Assembly (NCBI GenBank): GCA_040388175.1
Contig: JAZKCG010000004.1
Span: 45,160 to 109,159, forward strand
Direction: 5' to 3'
From: Bacteroidota bacterium
GTDB taxonomy: Bacteria; Bacteroidota; Bacteroidia; Sphingobacteriales; Sphingobacteriaceae
DNA length: 64,000 nt
Shown here: in pieces, positions 58,525-64,000 of the stretch
How positions within the stretch are numbered: position 1 is the stretch's first letter
Layout of the letters: each line of letters begins with the position of its first letter
Program-made: the position numbers and the translations under genes
The notes under the pieces: model-generated
The model's database searches: none
Seen by the model: the letters and a program-made list of their open reading frames with translations, nothing else
Told to the model about the DNA's origin: nothing

Positions 58525-58549
58525 CGCCTGAAAATTATACTGTATAATA

Positions 58550-59947
58550 ATGAGTTTCAGAACCGAACATGATACCATGGGCGCGGTACAGGTACCCGCC
58601 GATAAATACTGGGGAGCACAAACCGAACGCTCACGCAATAACTTTAAAATTGGACCAGAGGCTTCTATGCCTAAAGAAATAATTGCGGCCTTTGCTTACC
58701 TGAAAAAAGCTGCCGCCTTTACCAATACCGACCTTGGTGTGTTACCCGCCGATAAACGCGACCAGATAGCAGCTGTTTGTGATGAGATACTGGCAGGGCA
58801 GTTAGCTACGGAGTTTCCGTTAGTGATCTGGCAAACCGGCTCAGGTACACAATCAAACATGAATGTTAATGAGGTTATCGCTAATCGCGCACATGTCCTT
58901 GCCGGCAATAAACTGGGCGAAGGCAAGACCTTTATCCACCCTAACGATGATGTAAACAAATCACAATCATCAAACGATACTTACCCTACCGCTATGCACA
59001 TTGCCGCCTATAAAATGGTGATCGATGTAACCATACCTGGTATTGAAAAATTACGCGATACACTACAGGGAAAAGTTGAAGCTTTTAAAAGCGTCGTAAA
59101 AATTGGCCGTACCCATTTGATGGATGCTACGCCATTAACATTAGGGCAAGAGTTTTCAGGCTATGTATCGCAACTGAACCATGGCTTAAAAGCTTTACGT
59201 AATACTTTAGACCACCTGTCTGAATTAGCTTTGGGTGGTACCGCGGTTGGCACCGGCATTAACACCCCAAAAGGTTATGATGTTAAAGTTGCCGAATACA
59301 TCGCACAATTTACCGGCCTGCCTTTTATCACCGCCGAGAACAAATTTGAAGCATTGGCTGCCCACGATGCAATTGTAGAGAGCCATGGCGCTTTAAAGCA
59401 GATCGCGGTTTCCTTAATGAAGATAGCTAATGATATCAGGATGCTGGCATCAGGCCCGCGCTCCGGTATCGGCGAGATCCATATCCCGGATAATGAGCCG
59501 GGATCATCTATCATGCCAGGTAAGGTTAACCCAACACAGAACGAAGCCGTTACCATGGTGGCTGCCCAGGTTATGGGTAATGATGTTACCATATCCATCG
59601 GTGGATCAAACGGACATTATGAACTGAATGTATTTAAACCGGTAATGGCTGCTAACTTCCTGCAATCGGCACGTTTAATTGGCGACGCCTGCGTATCGTT
59701 TAATGACCATTGCGCCGTTGGTATAGAGCCAAACTATGCCGGCATTAAGAAACACTTAGAGAACTCGCTGATGCTGGTTACTGCCTTGAACCCGCATATC
59801 GGTTATGAAGCTGCTGCCAAGATCGCTAAAACAGCATTGAAAGAAAATCAATCGCTTCGCGAAGCTGCCATAGGTTTAGGTTACTTAACCAACGAGCAGT
59901 TTGATGAGTGGGTTAAGCCTGAGGATATGATAGGTTCACTAAAATAA
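58550..59947 (+). CDS. fumC: Class II fumarate hydratase
   Basis: [20 protein letters not shown] and [11 protein letters not shown] motifs. Confidence 0.98.
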   Translation: MSFRTEHDTMGAVQVPADKYWGAQTERSRNNFKIGPEASMPKEIIAAFAYLKKAAAFTNTDLGVLPADKRDQIAAVCDEILAGQLATEFPLVIWQTGSGTQSNMNVNEVIANRAHVLAGNKLGEGKTFIHPNDDVNKSQSSNDTYPTAMHIAAYKMVIDVTIPGIEKLRDTLQGKVEAFKSVVKIGRTHLMDATPLTLGQEFSGYVSQLNHGLKALRNTLDHLSELALGGTAVGTGINTPKGYDVKVAEYIAQFTGLPFITAENKFEALAAHDAIVESHGALKQIAVSLMKIANDIRMLASGPRSGIGEIHIPDNEPGSSIMPGKVNPTQNEAVTMVAAQVMGNDVTISIGGSNGHYELNVFKPVMAANFLQSARLIGDACVSFNDHCAVGIEPNYAGIKKHLENSLMLVTALNPHIGYEAAAKIAKTALKENQSLREAAIGLGYLTNEQFDEWVKPEDMIGSLK

Positions 59948-59956
59948 AATTAAAAG

Positions 59957-60050
59957 CGTCATTGCGAGGAACGAAGCAATCTCTACATAGGACAATCACC
60001 GTGTAAATTGATTAGCGTGCGTAGAGATTGCTTCGTTCCTCGCAATGACG
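59957..60050. repeat. GTCATTGCGAG/CTCGCAATGAC palindromic element with a perfect 30-bp inverted repeat
   Basis: 59957-59986 is the exact reverse complement of 60021-60050, with a 34-nt spacer. Confidence 0.92.
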
Positions 60051-60067
60051 AGATTTATAAATTGTCA

Positions 60068-60583
60068 ATGCAAAAAACTTTTTCTATTTACCTCCCGATA
60101 GCTATCGGGATAGCTTTCACCTTTCTGCTTTCCTCCTGTTCCCTCAACCCAAGCCTGCAAGGCAAAGGCGAAAGCTATTTACAGGGCGAATGGACACAGG
60201 ATAGCATCCCGATGCAAAAACAGTTGCTCAGTTATTCGCTTTTTAAGTTTAAATTTAGCTGCGACTCGGTATTTATCGAGGTTAATTCGGTTAGCAAGGT
60301 AAACTCGGGTATGGATAGCTGCATGAATGCCGGTCGTTGGATGGAATATATCCGGGGCACCTATCACCAAAGTAATGATACGTTGCATATAAAAGGCAAC
60401 TTTTGTAATGCCGACTATACTTTGAAAAAACAAATTGGCTGTTTCCGTTCGGGGCCATACGAGGAGTTTTTTAAAGTGGGTAAAAAAACTGATTCGCTGG
60501 TTCAATTTTTAAGTACATCAAACGTTATTCCTGTTAACTTACATTTAATTAAAAAGATCACCTGTGATCCAAAACCGCTATAA
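60068..60583 (+). CDS. Hypothetical lipoprotein
   Basis: The ATG at 60068 gives a signal ending LLSSC. The upstream extension in the ORF track reads through the repeat. Confidence 0.75.
   Translation: MQKTFSIYLPIAIGIAFTFLLSSCSLNPSLQGKGESYLQGEWTQDSIPMQKQLLSYSLFKFKFSCDSVFIEVNSVSKVNSGMDSCMNAGRWMEYIRGTYHQSNDTLHIKGNFCNADYTLKKQIGCFRSGPYEEFFKVGKKTDSLVQFLSTSNVIPVNLHLIKKITCDPKPL
60087..60110. repeat. REP-like palindrome TCCCGATAGCTATCGGGA, copy 2, in-frame in the signal peptide (LPIAIG)
   Basis: 24/24 identical to 1560-1583. Confidence 0.8.
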
Positions 60584-60585
60584 AT

Positions 60586-61380
60586 ATGAAATTTAACTTC
60601 CTTAAAAAAGCAGCTATCGCGATAGCAATTCTATATGCGCCATTACAAAGTATGGCGTGGGGCACTAATGGGCACCGTATTTCAGGCCAGATCGCCGAAG
60701 ATCATTTATCGGCCAAAGCTCGCGCAGCGGTTAAAGCGATATTGGGCTATGAGTCTATAGCTATGGCCAGCAACTGGGCAGATTTTATCAAATCAGACCC
60801 TAACTACAGCTACTTGTATAACTGGCATTTTGTTGATTTTGAAAGGCCGATGAGCTACCCCGAAATGGTGGAGTTTTTAGAGCACGATACTGATGTAAAT
60901 GCCTACACCAAGCTTAACTTTTTAATAGGCGAACTAAAAAAGAAAAGCACCACTGCCGAAAATAAATTACTATACCTGCGTATGCTGATCCATATTGTGG
61001 AGGATATCCACCAGCCTATGCATACCGCGCATGCAAGCGACAAAGGCGGTAACGATTTTAAGGTGAACTGGTTCAGTAAACCAACTAACCTGCACTCTAT
61101 TTGGGATACAGAGCTGGTTAATTTTCAAGAATTAAGCTATACCGAATATGTAGCAGCTATTGATCACCCTACTGCCGACCAGGTAAAAGACTGGCAGGCT
61201 GCTCCACCAAGCAAATGGATCTTTGAATCAAGCCAATTGGCAGAGCAGTTTTACAACGAAATTAAACCAGGCGATACGTTAAACTACAAATACAATTTCA
61301 CCCACCTGGATATCCTTAACCAACAACTGCTTAAAGGCGGCATCAGGTTAGCAGGATTATTGAACCAGATATTTAATTAA
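60586..61380 (+). CDS. S1/P1 nuclease, exported
   Basis: WGTNGH, WADFIKS, HIVEDIHQPMH and LHSIWD zinc-ligand motifs. Confidence 0.95.
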   Translation: MKFNFLKKAAIAIAILYAPLQSMAWGTNGHRISGQIAEDHLSAKARAAVKAILGYESIAMASNWADFIKSDPNYSYLYNWHFVDFERPMSYPEMVEFLEHDTDVNAYTKLNFLIGELKKKSTTAENKLLYLRMLIHIVEDIHQPMHTAHASDKGGNDFKVNWFSKPTNLHSIWDTELVNFQELSYTEYVAAIDHPTADQVKDWQAAPPSKWIFESSQLAEQFYNEIKPGDTLNYKYNFTHLDILNQQLLKGGIRLAGLLNQIFN

Positions 61381-61470
61381 TGTGCAGATATGTAGATGCG
61401 AGGATGTGCAGATAATTTAGCTCATCAAAGCATTTGCACATCTGCATATTTGCACATCCGCACATCCACA
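61379..61470. repeat. Degenerate octamer (ATGTGCAG / TGCACATC) inverted cluster
   Basis: Repeated ATGTGCAGAT is followed by several (T)TGCACATC units. Confidence 0.7.
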
Positions 61471-61904
61471 TGAAAATACTAATGGTTTGCCTGGGCAATA
61501 TCTGCCGTTCGCCGTTGGCGGAGGGCGTTATGCAGCACCTGGCCGATAAAGAAGGTTTAAACTGGGAGATCGACTCGGCAGGTACCGGCGACTGGCATTT
61601 GGGCGAAGGGCCCGACAGACGGTCAGTACGTACCGCCCACGAACATGGCATAGACATTAGTCAGCAAATTTGCAGGCTTTTCAGGCGCAGTGATTTTGAT
61701 GATTTTGACCAGATCCTGGTGATGGATAGAAGCAACCTAAACAATATCCTGGCTATGGCTCGCAATGCCGATGATGCTAAAAAAGTAAGCCTGTTATTGG
61801 TTGACCAGATAGTACCAGACCCTTATCATGACGACAGGCAATTTGAACCTGTCTTTAAGTTGATAGAACAGGGCTGTAAAGCTTTTATTGAACGATATAA
61901 ATAA
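61470..61904 (+). CDS. Low-molecular-weight protein tyrosine phosphatase
   Basis: CLGNICRS P-loop and DPY motif. The likely start is the ATG at 61470. Confidence 0.95.
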   Translation: MKILMVCLGNICRSPLAEGVMQHLADKEGLNWEIDSAGTGDWHLGEGPDRRSVRTAHEHGIDISQQICRLFRRSDFDDFDQILVMDRSNLNNILAMARNADDAKKVSLLLVDQIVPDPYHDDRQFEPVFKLIEQGCKAFIERYK

Positions 61905-61921
61905 ATTTACCACCATATAAA

Positions 61922-62140
61922 ATGGACGAGCTAATAGTAAAAGACTGTAACGGAAACCAGTTGCATGACGGCGACTCAGTAACGGTAATAAAAAGCCTTA
62001 AAGTAAAAGGTGGCGGCACTACCATTAAACAAGGTACTACTGTAAAAAAGATCCGCCTTACTGATGATCCGGATGAAGTTGATTGCAAAATTGACGGGAT
62101 GAGCATCGTGTTGCGCACAGAGTTTTTGAGGAAAAAATAA
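61922..62140 (+). CDS. PhnA/YjdM C-terminal domain-only protein
   Basis: KDCNGNQLHDGDSVTVIKSLKVKG...KIRL; no N-terminal zinc ribbon. Confidence 0.8.
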   Translation: MDELIVKDCNGNQLHDGDSVTVIKSLKVKGGGTTIKQGTTVKKIRLTDDPDEVDCKIDGMSIVLRTEFLRKK

Positions 62141-62141
62141 C

Positions 62142-62213
62142 TTGGTGAGCGGTGAATAGAGAATGGTGAGTTGTTAGTTTTTCATTCTCTATTCACCACT
62201 GCCTACTCACCAA
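62142..62213. terminator. Long inverted repeat between convergent genes
   Basis: Perfect 15-bp IR GGTGAATAGAGAATG/CATTCTCTATTCACC, plus an outer TTGGTGAG/CTCACCAA pair. Confidence 0.65.
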
Positions 62214-62214
62214 C

Positions 62215-64000
62215 TTACATATTCCTTCTATACTGCCCCCCAACCTCATACAAAGCATGTGATATTTGCCCTAACGAGCAATACTTGCACGCTTCCATTA
62301 AACTTTCAAATATATTGCCGCCGCTTATAGCGGTTTGCTGCAAATCTTTTAATAGCTGCTGTACCTTATCCTGGTTACGTTCATGAAAAGCGGCTAATGC
62401 ATTTATCTGGTATTGCTTTTCGTCCTCGGTAGCGCGTATCACTTCTGATGGTGTAATGGTGGGCGATCCTTTTTTATTGAGGAATGTATTTACCCCTATT
62501 ATCGGGTACCCGCCGTTATGGTTCAGGGTTTCGTAGTATAATGATTCTTCCTGGATCTTACCGCGCTGGTACATGGTTTCCATCGCACCTAAAACCCCGC
62601 CACGGTCATTGATGTTTTTAAACTCAGTCAATACAGCTTGCTCTACCAGGTCGGTCAGTTCTTCAATGATGAATGAGCCTTGAATCGGATTCTCATTTTT
62701 GGCCAGCCCCAATTCTTTATTTATAATCAGTTGTATAGCCATAGCCCTACGTACCGACTCTTCGGTAGGCGTAGTAATAGCCTCATCATAAGCATTGGTA
62801 TGCAGCGAATTACAATTATCATAAATAGCATACAAAGCCTGCAACGTGGTACGGATATCATTAAAGTCGATCTCCTGCGCATGTAATGATCGCCCGCTGG
62901 TTTGGATATGGTACTTCAACTTCTGCGATCGGTCATTTCCTTTATATTTAGTTTTTATGGCCTTGGCCCAAATCCGACGTGCAACCCTACCTATTACCGA
63001 ATATTCAGGATCGATACCGTTGCTGAAAAAGAACGACAAATTAGGTGCGAAATCGTCAATATGCATCCCCCGGCTTAAATAATACTCCAAATAAGTAAAC
63101 CCGTTTGATAAAGTAAAGGCCAGCTGCGTTACCGGGTTAGCACCTGCCTCTGCAATGTGATACCCAGATATAGACACCGAATAAAAATTGCGCACCTTTT
63201 CATCAATAAAATATTGCTGCATATCGCCCATCATGCGCAGTGCAAACTCTGTACTGAAGATGCAGGTATTTTGCGCCTGGTCTTCCTTTAAGATATCTGC
63301 CTGCACGGTACCGCGCACAGTGGCTATAGCCTGGGCCTTTATTTTTTGGTATATATCGGCTGGTAAGACTTGATCACCAGTCAGGCCAAGCAATATCAGC
63401 CCGAGACCATTATTACCTTTAGGTAACCTATTTCCATTGTATGTTGGTCGCGATACGTCCTTATCATCATACAACTCCTTAAACTTCGCCTCAACCAAAT
63501 GCTCCAGTTTATTTTGGGTGATATATTTCTCGCATTGCTGATCAATAGCGGCATTCATAAAAAAGCCTAATAGCATAGGTGCAGGACCATTAATGGTCAT
63601 AGATACCGATGTTGACGCATCGCAAAGGTCAAACCCTGAATATAGTTTTTTAGCATCATCCAGCGTAGCTATGCTAACGCCCGAGTTGCCTATCTTGCCA
63701 TAGATATCGGGCCGAATATCGGGGTCTTCACCATACAACGTAACCGAGTCAAAAGCGGTACTTAAACGGTGCGCAGGTTGCCCTAAGGATACATAATGAA
63801 AGCGCTTATTAGTGCGCTCTGGGCCACCCTCGCCGGCAAACATTCGTGTTGGATCTTCACCCTCTCGTTTAATTGGGAAAACCCCGGCAGTGTAAGGAAA
63901 TTCGCCCGGTACATTTTCCGTCAGCAGCCACCTTAAAATATCCCCCCATGCCTCATATTTTGGCAGAGCTATCTTAGGTATCTGCAATTGCGATAGCGAG
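62215..64000 (-). CDS. icmF: C-terminal mutase domain of an IcmF-like fused acyl-CoA mutase, 5' end beyond the window
   Basis: [49 protein letters not shown] and C-terminal GGQYRRNM. The frame stays open to the window edge. Confidence 0.85.
   Translation of the reverse strand, partial: SLSQLQIPKIALPKYEAWGDILRWLLTENVPGEFPYTAGVFPIKREGEDPTRMFAGEGGPERTNKRFHYVSLGQPAHRLSTAFDSVTLYGEDPDIRPDIYGKIGNSGVSIATLDDAKKLYSGFDLCDASTSVSMTINGPAPMLLGFFMNAAIDQQCEKYITQNKLEHLVEAKFKELYDDKDVSRPTYNGNRLPKGNNGLGLILLGLTGDQVLPADIYQKIKAQAIATVRGTVQADILKEDQAQNTCIFSTEFALRMMGDMQQYFIDEKVRNFYSVSISGYHIAEAGANPVTQLAFTLSNGFTYLEYYLSRGMHIDDFAPNLSFFFSNGIDPEYSVIGRVARRIWAKAIKTKYKGNDRSQKLKYHIQTSGRSLHAQEIDFNDIRTTLQALYAIYDNCNSLHTNAYDEAITTPTEESVRRAMAIQLIINKELGLAKNENPIQGSFIIEELTDLVEQAVLTEFKNINDRGGVLGAMETMYQRGKIQEESLYYETLNHNGGYPIIGVNTFLNKKGSPTITPSEVIRATEDEKQYQINALAAFHERNQDKVQQLLKDLQQTAISGGNIFESLMEACKYCSLGQISHALYEVGGQYRRNM

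Noticed and set aside
58299-58549. SAH/SAM riboswitch upstream of ahcY
   Set aside because: I could not identify the conserved cores by eye, and the putative promoter leaves only a very short leader. An Infernal/Rfam scan would settle it.
60008-60067. N-terminal extension of the lipoprotein ORF
   Set aside because: It translates the palindromic element; the ATG at 60068 gives a proper signal peptide.
1-64000. Prophage, defence island, rRNA/tRNA genes or an intact IS
   Set aside because: I recognised no integrase, transposase, phage structural gene, restriction-modification or toxin-antitoxin gene, or tRNA/rRNA sequence.

Overview
This is a 64-kb chromosomal window from a Bacteroidota genome, most likely Sphingobacteriaceae (Mucilaginibacter-like). 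The basis is gene content, TAnnTTTG promoter motifs and repeat types; the taxon is inferred, not searched. Housekeeping genes include nnr (cut at the left edge), rimP-nusA-infB, ahcY, fumC and an IcmF-like mutase (cut at the right edge). Accessory genes include tandem TPR paralogs, a TMTC-like GT-C/TPR membrane protein, a DHp-only sensor divergent from a stand-alone receiver, a TolC-RND-MFP operon, a sulfatase, a GH51/GH127/AraC/SGNH cluster, GH13, GH144, an M23-bactofilin operon, and ThuA plus a Tat-exported oxidoreductase. I found no rRNA, tRNA, CRISPR array, integrase or intact transposase. The most unusual signals are non-coding. (1) A ~260-bp dispersed element occurs twice in inverted orientation and carries nine CAC cores phased at ~10.3 bp. 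(2) At 28.6-30.5 kb an orphan gene is bracketed by 39-bp palindromic direct repeats next to a synonymously diverged duplicate of the 3' end of a dehydrogenase gene. (3) Several REP-like palindrome families occur, including one copy read in-frame inside a gene and one collapsed footprint. Coordinates and identities were counted by hand; no database searches were run.
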